Origin: Octopus sinensis
Taxonomy: Eukaryota
Length of the DNA: 64,000 nt
Direction of reading: 5' to 3'
NCBI RefSeq assembly: GCF_006345805.1
Contig: NC_043024.1
Coordinates: 62,001-126,000, forward strand
Each line of letters opens with the position of its first letter. The first letter of the stretch is position 1. Below are positions 24,982 through 37,900 of this stretch, piece after piece. Position numbers and translations under genes: made by a program. The notes below the pieces were generated by a model. That model saw nothing but the letters and a program-made list of their open reading frames with translations. It was not told where the DNA came from and made no database searches.

Positions 24982-25226
24982 GGTTCAAATTTTGGCACAA
25001 GGTCAGCAGTTTCGTGGAAAGAGGTAAGTCGATTACATCGACTCCAGTGTTCAGTTGGTACTTATTTTATCGACCCCGAAAGGATTAAAGGGAAAGTCTA
25101 CTTCGGTGGCATTTGAACTCTTTTGAGTTCAAATGCCACCGAAGTAGACTTTCCCTTTCATCCGTCGGACAAAAGGCCGCTAAGCATTTTGTCCAGCGTG
25201 CTAACGATTCTGCCAGATTCCGCCTT
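24982..25226 (-). mobile_element. Meta-like tRNA-SINE (tail A) with an internal inverted B-box duplication
   Basis: Head aaggcggaatctggcagaatcgttagc, tail ttgtgccaaaatttgaacc, and a cttcggtggcatttgaactc / gagttcaaatgccaccgaag hairpin. Confidence 0.8.
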
Positions 25227-25257
<31 letters not shown>

Positions 25258-25393
25258 ACAACAGCAACAACAACAATAATAATGATGATGATAACAGGAG
25301 TATTAATAATGATAACATTAATAGTAGTAGTAATGATTAATAGTAGTAGTCATGTAACTGTCATATTTATAGTAATAATGATAATAATAGTAC

Positions 25394-25460
<67 letters not shown>

Positions 25461-25988
25461 GAGTGAGAGAGCAGTGTATGCCATCAAAGTGACACTGGGG
25501 TAAAATATACGAATCCCAGTATACCCATCATGACTACCCGTCTGATAAGGGTACACCAGGCACATGCATCATAACCATATATGCGCGACATGGTGGTCTC
25601 ATATCAAGATAAACAGCACATGACCTTGCAGGTGGGGCCCAGTTAGAATTTTCTTCTGGTCGAGAGTAACTCATCCCGCTCCAAAGGTTCCTGAATATGG
25701 GTTGTTTAAGGATATTGAACGAAACACCCATGTTTCCAAAGGTGAATTATTCAAACCTCAAAGAATTTCTCTCAACACATTACTTCTGCTCATGATCAGA
25801 GATGCACATATCGTCAGCCACTAAGGGACATGCTCAACCGGTTAAGATCAAACAACTGACAAGCAAGTCTGTGGTATTGAGCAGAATATTTGCTGTAGCC
25901 CATCTTTTATACCAAGACAAAACAATGTACATGGTAACACTTCCAATCAGTTAAGATCAGAAGCCACGAGAGCCACTGCCTGGTACTG

Positions 25989-25990
<2 letters not shown>
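25461..25990 (-). mobile_element. 530-bp non-coding element bounded by (TAA)n on both sides
   Basis: Clean (ATT)n junctions at both ends. Its terminal motif recurs at 22386-22407, also next to (ATT)n. Confidence 0.55.
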
Positions 25991-26082
<92 letters not shown>

Positions 26083-26605
26083 TTTAATGATAATGTAGAA
26101 ATGTTGTCTGAAGCCTGACATGTTAACGCAGACTATTGTAATTAAAACTCTAATCCACGCCACCACTTCCATTCATGTTGACAAGCAGTATAAAAATAAA
26201 AGATCGTTGAAATGGCTGATATCTGCCATAAAAGCACTTCATCTTGCAGTAATTTCAGAGTGACAGCACAAGTCAGCATTTTCCATATTTTTAGCTGAAT
26301 CAGAATTTGATTGCAATTAATATATCAAAGTCCTGTGTAATCAGCCGTCTCTTGCGAGCGAGTGTGGCTTCATAGCAAGTAGTATTCTTTCGTTGTTTGT
26401 TTTAGGCCGAGCGTTTAGTCGCGAACAGCCATAGTAGATATATTCATTCTTGGCTCTGTCTGCCTTTAGCCCAGCAGAACATTACGGATGCGGCAAGGAT
26501 TTGAACTTGAAATGTGAAGCAATGTAGCTTAAAACGACATGGCTTTTGGCTAGATGGTTTGCCAGTTCTATAATCTATTGCATGTGATAATTTGTACGTA
26601 TGCTA

Positions 26606-27007
26606 GTTGTTGTTGTTGTTGTTGCTGTTGCTGTAGCTGTTGAGCGAACGGTCTTCGTCCCAGAGCTCGCAAGATGGGAGAAGTCCGAAACGTGGTCCTT
26701 TGCTGTTCGTAAGACCCGCAGAAGAGAAAGCAGGTCAACCCCCGACACCGAAAGCATCGACGGATGAATGAATGCGTATCCAGGCTCAGCAGTTGCGTAT
26801 GAAGTCGGGGACAAGAAACAGGAAGAAAGAGTGAGAGAAAGTTGGGACAAAAGAGTACAACAGGGGTCGCCATCACCCCCTGCCGGAGCCTCGTGGAGCT
26901 TTTAGGTGTTTTCGCTCAATAAACACACACAACGTCCGGTCTGGGAATCGAAACTGCGATCCTCCGACCGCGAGTCCGCTGCCCTAACCGTTGGGCCATT
27001 GCGCCTC
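26606..27007 (-). mobile_element. tRNA-derived SINE with (AAC)n tail
   Basis: Head gaggcgcaatggcccaacggttagggcagcggactcgcggtcg...gtttcgattccc. Same head and body as 42042-42335 but a different tail. Confidence 0.8.
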
Positions 27008-27221
27008 GACTGTTGTTGCTGCTGTTTTTGTTGTTTATCTTTAGTCTACCATTCTAGAGACCACGAGATGGGGTGAAACAAAGAAAGATTAATTCTATCA
27101 CTGAAAGACAGGATGGAAGGTCTTGCCCGATAGGATTCTACGCAAAATCTATCTACCAAATTTCACTCACAATGCTTTAATTACTGCTACCGTTTCTTTG
27201 TAGCATGTTAGAAAATTTCCC

Positions 27222-27314
27222 CGCTCAACACCTCTCGATTTCCTACTGTAATCGCTCAACACCTCTCGATTTCTTACTGTAATCGCTCAACACCTCTCGA
27301 TTTCTTATTGTAAT
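27222..27314. repeat. 31-bp minisatellite, three copies
   Basis: cgctcaacacctctcgatttc(c/t)tactgtaat at 27222, 27253 and 27284, with no spacers. Confidence 0.95.
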
Positions 27315-28899
27315 TAACCATGCTTCTGTTTCAGTGAAGTATTGCTAATTTTAGAGACAGAAGAATCAGTACCAATTCATAACCAGTATTTTATTTATCG
27401 GTTTATTTATCAACCCTGGAAGGCTTAAAGTTAAAATTGACAGAAATGATAGAATGGACACCTAAACAGCAATTTTGAAATTTTTTTTCTTTTCAAATAT
27501 CGATAAGTTTGACTTTATAAAGAAATAAATGGTTGAAAAACTTTTGAGCAATGTGGGTACTTTCATACTTAAGCTTCCTTTCCTTTGGTTTATAGGCCTT
27601 CGACGACATATCTACGTAGGAGTATTGGCCTTAGGCAAACCAATTTTTACTTCTGGAAAAAGCTGGTCCATTAAATCTAGCCTCTACCCTTTTATCTGTC
27701 CAGCACAAGAGGTTCTAGCAGGAAATTTCACTGCATTTGCATTACTCTTGTGGGTCAATGAGGCATGTAAGCCACTACATCACAACTAGAATTAGACCTT
27801 GTGGCAGAAATGCGGTTAAGATATTAAAAAATGTTTGTAAATTAATTAATGAATGAAATTGAAATAATGTATTACTTATCAAATGTTTTTCAATGATCCT
27901 ATAATATTTCGGGAAAAAATTCCCTTCTCAAATAAAACAAAAAGTAGAGCAATGAAAGATTCCAGAAAATACGTTGGAACCAGTGAACCTCCCAGTGGGT
28001 TACGGTCAAGACAACGTTTGTTCTTTTTTCAGTTGTTTCGAAGAAAATCAATATAACCGTGGGAAATATAACAGTAGAAAAATCAATTTCTCTCTAAGAC
28101 GAATAGGCAGGTCGGAACCGTGAGATTCCTTTTTCTCTTGTCAGCATTCAAATTTATCCAAACACTCGAATTAGTTTTGCCGATGCAAAATGACACTTCT
28201 ACTCTTTCTGTGTAGTTTTTTTCTTCAATTCTACTGGGCAATGCATAAAAAGCTATACTTCAATATTTTCTGTGTGCTATTCTGAATGTTGATTTCCGGT
28301 GGATGACAAATCACAAACGTCTCTCTGTACCAAGTGAATTTCATTCCTGGGTTAATGAGCAGATTCCTTTCGTGGAAGTAATACTCTCTGTTGTTAGAAC
28401 AATGAAGCACCACTAATTTTTTGGAATATAATTTAATCCTTTTTTCACGAATGCATCACTGGAAATTTTTTAATAATAAGTTTACAAATAGCGTATTTTC
28501 AAATCTGGAAAAGATCTTTAAGAAAAATAGATAGAGCGAAAAACAATTTAAAATTTTAAAAAATGTTAAAGCAATTAATATTCCACTCTGTATCACAGCA
28601 TTGATTCAAATACATCAAATTCTTTCATCATTCCGAGGGTCGATGAAATTAAGTGACATTCTAGCGAGCAGAGAATGTGGAAAAAGATAGTTACCCAAGT
28701 TTCCACGCCATGAGAACTTAACTTGGAACCTGGTTTTTGAAAAACTAACTTCATTACACTTCACAAGCACATCCATTTATATCATTTCTGAAACGTAGTT
28801 AGAGGGGTGATATATAAGGGTGGGGCATGTATCCGTTTCTCTACATGGCAAGTTACACCCGCATCACTCCACATTTAGAATGGGGCTGGAAGAATTAAC

Positions 28900-29910
28900 A
28901 TCGAATACTAAATCAATCGATTCAGTGGGCGGGGCCTTACATCAGCGAGACGGACCGGTGCGCTGTAAAATTATCGAGAGGAAAGCCCCAAAACGCTACA
29001 TATTCTCTCCTGAAGACACCTGAAATTTACTAGTTGATCAATACAATAGGCGGAGCTTCACTTCAGTGTGTGTTAGGGGATGCACTGTAAAACCGCCGAG
29101 AGCTAGGCCCTAGAACAGTACGCATTCTTTCCTGATAAACTCTGAAATTTACTAGTTAATCCGAGCCGTCAAGAAGGCCCCAAAACGGTACGCATTCTTT
29201 CCTGATGACACCTTCGCGTCACTGTGTATATGGGAAGAGTTGGTGCACGATAAAGCCGTCGAAAGGAAAACCCCGAAACAGTAGAGATTTTCTCCTGATG
29301 ACACCTGAAATTTACTAGCTAATCAATCTAGCAGGCGGGGTATCACTTCAGGGTCTGTGAGGGGTGGACTGTAAAGCCCTCGTGAGGAAGACTGTGAAAT
29401 AATACGCATTCTCTCGTGACACCTGAATTTTGCTAGCTAATCGATCCAGTAGGCAGTGCCTTATATTGATGTGTGTGTGTGAGTGGGGAGGTTATGAGAT
29501 ACACTGTAAACCCGTTGAGAGGAAGGACTCGAAACGGTACGCACTCTCACCAGATGACCCCTAAAACCTACGGGCGTCCGGTATGGGAATAAGTTCATTG
29601 ACAGTAGTTTAGTCAGCAAGTTGTTTGAAGGCATCTAAAACACGAGAATGCCATAAGGAGAAAGGCCCCGAAACAATCGGAACACTCTCCGGATGACCCT
29701 TCAAAATATTTGCTGGCGGCCGGTGTGCAAAGATTTCGAATGGCATCATTTCAACAAGCAAGCTGTTTGCAGGCATCTAAAACACGAGAAAACCCCCCGA
29801 GAGAAGGATTCCGAGCGGTAGGCACTCTCCAGATAAGCCCTAAAACTTACATGCGTCCGGTAAAAGAAGATTTCCATTGACAGCAAATTATTTGGAAGCA
29901 TCTAAAACAC
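28900..29910. repeat. Degenerate tandem array of about 8 units, mostly ~120-140 bp
   Basis: Recurrent core gagaggaaggccccgaaacggtacgcattctctcctgatgacacctgaaatttactag. Confidence 0.8.
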
Positions 29911-30272
29911 AAACAACAGAGTGTTCATAAAGAAAAACAGCAACATATCTAACATTAAAAACACGTTAGACTAACACCATCAATATATTGCAGTCTACTG
30001 TACCGTCGTCTGTTGCTATAATTTGAAAGGGTTTGAAATTTGTTCCCGACCGGATGTAGACAAATTGACAGGAAACCGCCACCAAAAATTAAAATGTAGA
30101 AGCCATAACTTTAAGCCATTTTTAAAGTTTGTTTAGTTTTATTTTTGTTGGATTTTTTATTGATTCTAATGAGTTTGGCACATATACAGTGGTTATGTTT
30201 TTATGGTTATATGGTTATATGCATGTATGTATAAGTATATGTGGTTACGTGTCTGTGTGTATAGATAATGTA

Positions 30273-30340
<68 letters not shown>

Positions 30341-30343
<3 letters not shown>

Positions 30344-31450
30344 GGGTTGGGCAAAATAATGGAAACACCTTTAAATTTCAAACAAATTTATTTTAATATG
30401 AAGTAGGACCGCCTTTAGCAGTAATTACGACTAGAATTCTACGAGGTATAGACTCGTACAAAGTTTGAATTGTTTCCAAAGGAATTTTTGTCCATTCTTC
30501 AGCTAAAACCGTCTCCAGTTCTTGTAGTGATGATGGTGGAGGATATCAATTCCTTACTTGTTTTTCTAAAATGCACCAAAAATGTTCAATAATATTGAGA
30601 TCTGGGTGCTGTGGTTGCCAGATAAGATGTTCAACTTCACTAGAATGTTCCTTGTGCCATTCAGTAACAAATTTAGTTGTGTGAATTGGTGTATTATCAT
30701 CCTCAAAGATTGTGTTTCTCTCCGGAAACAGTTCCGCAACCATACGATAAATTTGATCAGATAAAATGCATAAATAGTCTTGACTATTAATTCTGCCATG
30801 ATGGGAGACCATTGGGCCGGTGGATTTCCAAGATATACCCCCAACCCCACCGCAGATCATTACAGATCGTCTTCCATGTTTAACAGTTGGAAGAAGGCAG
30901 TTTGGTGCAAATGCTTCTTTTGGATGTCTCTACACGTATACTCGGCCGGTGGTCGGAAGTAAGGTAAAATAACATTCTTCCACTGCTCTAGGGACCATTC
31001 CGGTAGATTTTTGCTCCACTCTAAACGCTTTGCAACGTTTGTTTTTTAAAGTAGTGATTTTCTGATTGCAGCCCTCCCATGAAATCTGGCTTTGTGCAGT
31101 TCCCAGCAAACAGTTTTTTGTGGAAACTGGGTTCTCAAGGTAGTCATTAAGCTCTGCGGTAGTTTTGGGAGCTGTATTTTTGTGATCCTTTCTAACAATT
31201 CGCATAAGAGTCCGACGGTCCCTATCTGAAAGTTTTGGTTTTCTTCTGGAGTTTTGTTTCGACGAGGAGGTTTTTCCCTCTTTCTCAAAGGCGGTCATTA
31301 CTCTCGAGACAGTACTTCTTGATACACCAAACATTTCGGCTGTTTTCGTTACGCTAGCGCCTGCCAACAATTTGACTTCTTTGAAAGTCCAATAGATCTG
31401 TCCTTTTAATGAATTTTAATTACCTTTTTTCTGAAAAGAAACAGCAATTT
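30341..31450 (-). mobile_element. Tc1-like transposon with one TIR and a frameshifted transposase
   Basis: TA-CAGGGGTTGGGCAAAATAATGGAAACACC TIR; GVSRSTVSRV HTH, FEDDNTPIH, PDLNIIEHFW and AKGGPTSY-stop. Confidence 0.9.
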
Positions 31451-31469
31451 TAGCAAAACATTCCCCACC

Positions 31470-32450
31470 AACAGAAAACCCATACCCCACCAACAGAAAA
31501 ATACGCCATATTGAAAGATAGGCTAGTGGTTACATTCCGATGCAGTGAAAGAGAAGCGGAAGCTAGGATACTGGAGGATGAATTAGGCGATTCCAAGCCT
31601 TCAAAACTGATGGACAGGATGTTGGCATTAGTCCCCCTCCCACGGTGAGTCACCTTCCTTTTTGTTTAAAGAAATATTTCTCCGCAAGCTGCCACCCCAG
31701 GTCCTGGTCAACGCCATAGGGTCGGCCCCGAGACGGGGTAGGGTTAAGCATGATGGCATGTGCTTCTACCATGCAAAGTTTGGAAAAAAGGCGACAGAAT
31801 GTAAACAACCATGTAACTTCAGGACCCCTTCACCAGTGACCCAGGGAAATTTCAGGGCCGCCTGCCATTGAATACCCTCAATGTCTACGATCGCAGCTCC
31901 GAACGCAGGTTCCTCATCGACACAGGAGCAGAAGTTAGCGTGATCCCGGCATCGGCAAAGGACCTCCGTCACGGAAAGTGTAGCCAACCTTTAATAGCCG
32001 CCAACGGGTCCACAATCGAGGCATACGGTCGTCACACCCTTTCCCTCAACAGCGGCTCCTGAAAATACACCTGGGCATTCACCAACGCCGATGTCCATTA
32101 GCCCATAATTAGTGCAGACTTTCTTCGAACACACTTGCTACTGGTGGATTTGCGGGGAAGATGATCCCTCAACAACACATACGCTTCCGTGCCTCTTGCA
32201 ACATCTGCACATGCCCTCCGCCCCCCGCTTAGCAACAATCTCGTAGACCAAGAACAAATTCTCAGATCTTCTTGTTAGTCGCCCCAATCTCACCACTCCG
32301 ACATTCTCCAAAACTACAGCCAGCGAAGGGGTGACAAACCACATCTCCACTACCGGCCCTCCAGTGCACAGCCGCGCACGTCGTCTATCACCAGACAAAC
32401 TTGTAATCGCAAAGGCCGAGTTCGACAATATGGAGGCATTTTGTATAGTA
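31470..32450 (+). mobile_element. Gypsy LTR-retrotransposon fragment of CsRn1 type (gag, protease, start of RT)
   Basis: LGDSKPSKLMDRMLAL, CHCC motif CFYHAKFGKKATECKQPC, FLIDTGAEVSVIP and GPPVHSRARRLSPDKL. Slippery G GGA AAT at 31844-31850 with pol in the -1 frame. Confidence 0.85.
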
Positions 32451-32661
32451 TACTCAGATTCGTTCCACGCTCGCAGCAGGCATTCTTCTGTTTTTGTTCT
32501 CCTGCCGGAAGTTCTTTTTTTCTGCAGACCAACTTCCTAGGTAGCCCGCAGCGAAATATCTGTCTACAGCGAATATCTGTCTACAGTTCGTCTGTCACGA
32601 ATCTTTCCCTACACACATGTATGCCTGTTTGTACGTATGTGCATATGGATGTATGAATACA

Positions 32662-32880
32662 CGAGGGGGCTGGCAAGTTCCTAGCTTTAAGGTTGTTGCG
32701 AAAGACCTGGTTGGACGCCCAACCTTCCGAGTTCTTTAACATGGCTTAGAAAACCTTAAGGACTACTGCAATAAGTGTATGAACCTGAGAGGGGAATATC
32801 TTGAATAAAATCATAATTAACTGATCCTCCTGTAGTTTCTTTCTTTTACCCAAGGCTAGGAACGTTTCAGCACTCCCTCG
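32662..32880. mobile_element. Mariner-type MITE
   Basis: Terminal inverted repeats cgagggggctggcaagttcctagc ... gctaggaacgtttcagcactccctcg. Confidence 0.7.
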
Positions 32881-33744
32881 TGTGGGTGTGTGTATGTGTG
32901 TGTGTGTATGTGTATGTGTGTGTATGTGTGTGTGTGTGTGTATATGAATGCGTGTTCACGTACCCACAGCGACAATCCATCCGACGCGCTTGCTTCACAG
33001 TGTTTCGCTCTACTCGACTTTACGAATATGACATAGATCGAACCGAGACCGTAACAAAAGTCCTACGCCCAACAGTTGCTAACTGTAACGCAACCACACG
33101 TAGCTATGCACATGGAAGAGGTTCTCAACTATCAACTTACCTATTGCTGACTCGTGTAAAGTATCTCTTGCTGGTTTCTGTCGAATCTTCATCGATATGC
33201 GACACCGCGTGTCCGTTTTAGGAAGCGCCAACAAGCAGTTGCTTATTGGACAGAAGGTACAATACTGTTTGCCAAATGGCTGCCAGTACCATATCCTTCG
33301 GTTATCATATTTCGATGACGTCTCGATCACTTCATTATTGGCATCTTAAAACTCCACTTACATACAACACAGTTCATACAAATTTATCGATTTCACACTT
33401 TCCTAAAATCGATAAATTCACGCTGGCTTTAACGAACATTTTGTCTGTGAATCATATCTATTCATGATTTATTTTATAATTTTAAGTGTGAACAATAGCG
33501 TCGTTAGTCGCGGTTTTCTTACAGTCCCATCACTGATTTAATGCATTTGTGACAGCCAGATTGACAAGGAATTGTCTCTAGCGGTTCGATTTTTCGCCGA
33601 TATAATTCAGTGAAAGAGAAAATACATTAAGCGGAGCTCAGCTGGTTTTCAGCGAAGAGTATTCGATTGTTCTATAAACTGAACTACATACAAATGGAAT
33701 TAACCATGCAAGTGTCTGAGTATTCCATAGACAATTGTAATTTT

Positions 33745-33875
33745 AATGTAATCGGCAGTACATGACGGACGCGATATAAGTGTTCGCCACCTCCGCCCGA
33801 CCATTTCGGGACAGCTTTCTCTCGGCCCATCGCCGGCTGAGAGTGGCCACCCTACTCGTTATCTCGTCCCAGTTA
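33745..33875 (-). mobile_element. L1/Tx1 LINE fragment
   Basis: WDEITSRVATLSRRWAERKLSRNGRAEVANTYIASV, homologous to 12860-12990. Confidence 0.8.
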
Positions 33876-33879
33876 GACA

Positions 33880-34154
<275 letters not shown>

Positions 34155-34765
34155 AATAGAAGATCGGGTTCGGAAAGGGAAATAGAACCCACAGTAACCA
34201 CTCTCGTGAGGAATAGGAAATCAATTCACATAGTAATAAAATAACTATTTAATTTGTGTTCAATATAGATCCAGAATTTTCCGGTCTATGGTATGACGAA
34301 TTAGTTTTCTCTGTTATACATCTCTATATGAATAAACAATTGTTTTATATAAGTACGTATATAATTTTCAGTATTAAAAACTAATGATGCTACATTGAAG
34401 AGTTGACGAAACGGCTGTAATCACATGGAAATCAAATGGAAATAATAGAACCGTATTCATTTATCATACCTGATTCCATGTTTTTACATATATTTTCCCT
34501 GTGTGTGTGATTGTCTTGCACTAAGTTCCAATCAGTATTTATGAGCCAATCCGAGGCTATAGCACAAGTCACTTGACCAAGGCACCATCTGATGGAACTA
34601 AAAATCACAACTCTTTGCTTAACGAGCTTTTTAAATATACACACGCAGCCATACAATTTATCTTAAGCATTACAGATATTATAATTCACGTTTTCACAAG
34701 ATTAGATATAATTTTAGAAAACATGGCTTCCACAACAATAAGGCATTCATTTTGTTTTATCCATT

Positions 34766-34798
34766 TATAATAATATAATAATATAATAATAATAATAA

Positions 34799-34835
<37 letters not shown>

Positions 34836-34883
34836 TTAATAATAATAATATAATAATATAATAATATAATAATAATAATAATA

Positions 34884-34960
<77 letters not shown>
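34766..34960. repeat. (TAA)n array, 5' flank of the Dong element
   Basis: Directly visible. Confidence 0.95.
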
Positions 34961-34961
<1 letters not shown>

Positions 34962-37900
34962 GGGAGAACACCGGGGGACTTAAGATGTAAGAAGGAAAAT
35001 TCAGAGCTCCGAAACCTATCCACAAACATCGAAAATAAGGACATCCTATGGAGCCAAAGTTTTACTAACAAAGAATTGGACTGTACTCGAGTAAGTAATA
35101 CTAATTGAAATTTATTACTATTTTCGAAATGAAATGATGTATTTTGACTCGATATCATCTCCATCTCTAACGCAACACATGTAAACATGCGTGAAACATC
35201 ACGATCATCCCTGACCCCAAACACCATGTACAAAGGAACTACGAAGAAATTAAATGCCACCGATACTATTCAACCCAAGAATAACAATCGAGCGGTACGT
35301 ACATTAAATTTACAACAAAAAATGTACGAAAAACTACACGTGCGAAATAATGTGACAACAGAAATAAACGGACCGGTACCCTACGAAAATGACGACCGTC
35401 AAAATAATGGGCCGGACGTTGTACCTCATGTCCCGCAAATAAAACCCAAAAGACGTAAATGGACACGTGAGGAATACATTTCTATCTTACACGCATACTT
35501 CACAGCAGTACTCTACCCAAAAAATGTAAATACAACAACACATACATATAAAATATGGAAGGAAAATAATAGAGATATAGACTTGGATACAGCAATGAAC
35601 CCTAATAAATTAGCTAACGTACGAAGATACATTCTCAAAGCCAAAAAAATATCAGAAATAGAAATAGAACATTTAAAAGAAAAAATACACCAGGAAAATG
35701 TAGATAGAAGCCACACAACAATGCCCAATAATATAAACACTGAAACTGTAAAACACGAAGACAAACGCAACATTCCCAACAAACACGATGTAAACAACGA
35801 AGGGGAGCCTAATGTTTATGATAATATAATAAATAAAATAATCAAAGAACTAAAAACCACAGAGCTCAAAATGGACCACCGACCATACCTCCCAAGAATA
35901 AAAATAAACGCAATAACAACACCAATTATAAACAACATAAACCTAGCCGTCACTGAACTAGCCACTGAAACAAAAAAAAGTGATATCACTGAACTAACTG
36001 ACTTGATATACGCAGCAGCCACTGCAGCCACAAAAGAAGCTGGATACTCACCCAAACCCGCCCAAACAGGAGTACCACCACCCAAACAAACCCTGTGGAT
36101 AAATAACATCCAAAACAAAATTTAAAAAATTAGAAAAGACCTGTCGATTCTTAATGAAATCAGCAAACAAGCAACGCTACTGAGCAACAAAAAGAGAACA
36201 AAAATGCTCCGCAAATATAACATCACAGAAAAAGATTTGCCGGAGATAAAAGAAAAGCTGCAGCAAGATATCCTTGCCAAAGCTCAAAGGATCCGCCGGT
36301 ACGAGAAACGCCAACGCTTCTTTGAACAGAACAAAAAGTTCAACTCCGACCCCAAAAAGTTCTACCAAGAACTGGGCAAAAATAAAATATAAGTCACTGC
36401 AGCACCAACGGCAGAAGAATTGGAAGAATTCTGGAAAGAAATATGGTCGGCGAACGAACAGCCAAAAAAAAGGAGTATGAAAATAACAAACTCGGCATCT
36501 GAACAACTTTGGACCCCCATAACAACTAAAGAGGTCACCCAGGCACTGCAAAAACTAAGCAACTGGAAGGCACCTGGGCATGACAAGACCCCCAACTTCT
36601 GGTTGAAATATCTAACAGGAATGCACAAAAAGCTGGCTGGAAACTTTAACAGCATACTAGCAGAGCCAGAGACAATGCCTGAATGGCTCACGAAGGGGAA
36701 AACCATCTTAATTCCCAAATCAAATGAAACAACAAAACCAGAAAACTACAGACCAATAACCTGCCTCCCTGCTATGTTCAAGGCATTTACTGCAGTGATA
36801 TAGCAAAGGCTGAACAAGCACCTGGACGAAAACAAACTGTTCCCAGAAGAGCAGAAAGGATGCCGCAAGGGCTCATATGGCTGTAAAGATCAACTAATGA
36901 TTAATAAAGCCGTAACTGAAGACAGCCACAGAAAGAAGAAAGGCCTCAGTATGGCCTGGATTGACTACAAAAAGGCATTTGATAGCATCCCCCACACATG
37001 GATCCTCGAAACACTAGCCATTAACAAAGTAGCACCAACAATCATAAAATTCATAGAGCACTCTATGAATAAATGGCAAACAGTCCTACACCTCCAAACA
37101 AAAGAGGGACTCATGAAAACCAAAGACATCCCCATTAGAAGAGGAATATTCCAGGGAGACACGCTCTCTCCACTCCTTTTCTGCTTGGCACTGTCACCTC
37201 TATCTGATATGCTAAATAGAACTGGATGCGGATATAAATGTTACGGCAAAACGATCAGCCACCTTTTATATATGGATGACCTAAAACTATACGCTGCAAA
37301 TGACAAACAGCTGGAAACACTATTAAAGACAGTTCATGGATTTACCAAAGAAATAGATATGAAATTTGGATTAGAAAAATGCGCCAAAGTAACCATGAAA
37401 AGAGGAAAACTAGTTAAGAGTAACAACATCACACTAGATAAAACCAATGAAATAAAAGAATTAGACCAAAGCCAAACTTACAAATACTTAGGAATCCATG
37501 AACTAGATAAGACACAACACACACAAAGGAAAGAGAAAATAAAAAAAGAATATTATAGACGAGTTAGATCAATACTAAACACAGAGCTCAATGCTAAAAA
37601 CAAGATAATAGGTATCAACACTTTAGCTGTCCCAGTTATAAGTTACAGCTACAATATCCTTAACTGGACACGAAATGAACTGACCAAAATAGATAGGAAA
37701 ACAAGAAAAATAATGACAGGATCTAGGATGCATCACCCAAAATCTGACATAGAAAGACTATATATACAACGTATAGAAGGTGGTAGAGGCCTTATACAGC
37801 TGGAAAACTACTATAAAATAACCACCATAGGACTGCAAAAATATCTACTTCAGAAGGAAGGAAAACTGATCCAGATAGCGGCAAAACACGAGCAAAACAA

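Noticed and set aside
25725-25825. CTGACGA...GAAAC on the minus strand of the 530-bp element
   Set aside because: Position 17 would be G and stem I does not pair.
26655-26705. Hammerhead-like fold on the plus strand of a SINE tail
   Set aside because: The core reads CTCGCAAGA rather than CUGANGA, it is antisense to the SINE, and there is only one instance.
27222-27314. CRISPR-like 31-bp repeats
   Set aside because: Head-to-tail with no spacers, no cas genes, eukaryotic context.
28940-29600. Functional hammerhead array in the tandem repeat
   Set aside because: Stem I or stem II cannot form in any of the type I, II or III arrangements by eye. Kept only as an unexplained array.
34961-35186. 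HDV-like ribozyme in the Dong 5'UTR
   Set aside because: Expected from some related clades, but I could not find consistent P1, P3 and P1.1 pairings.
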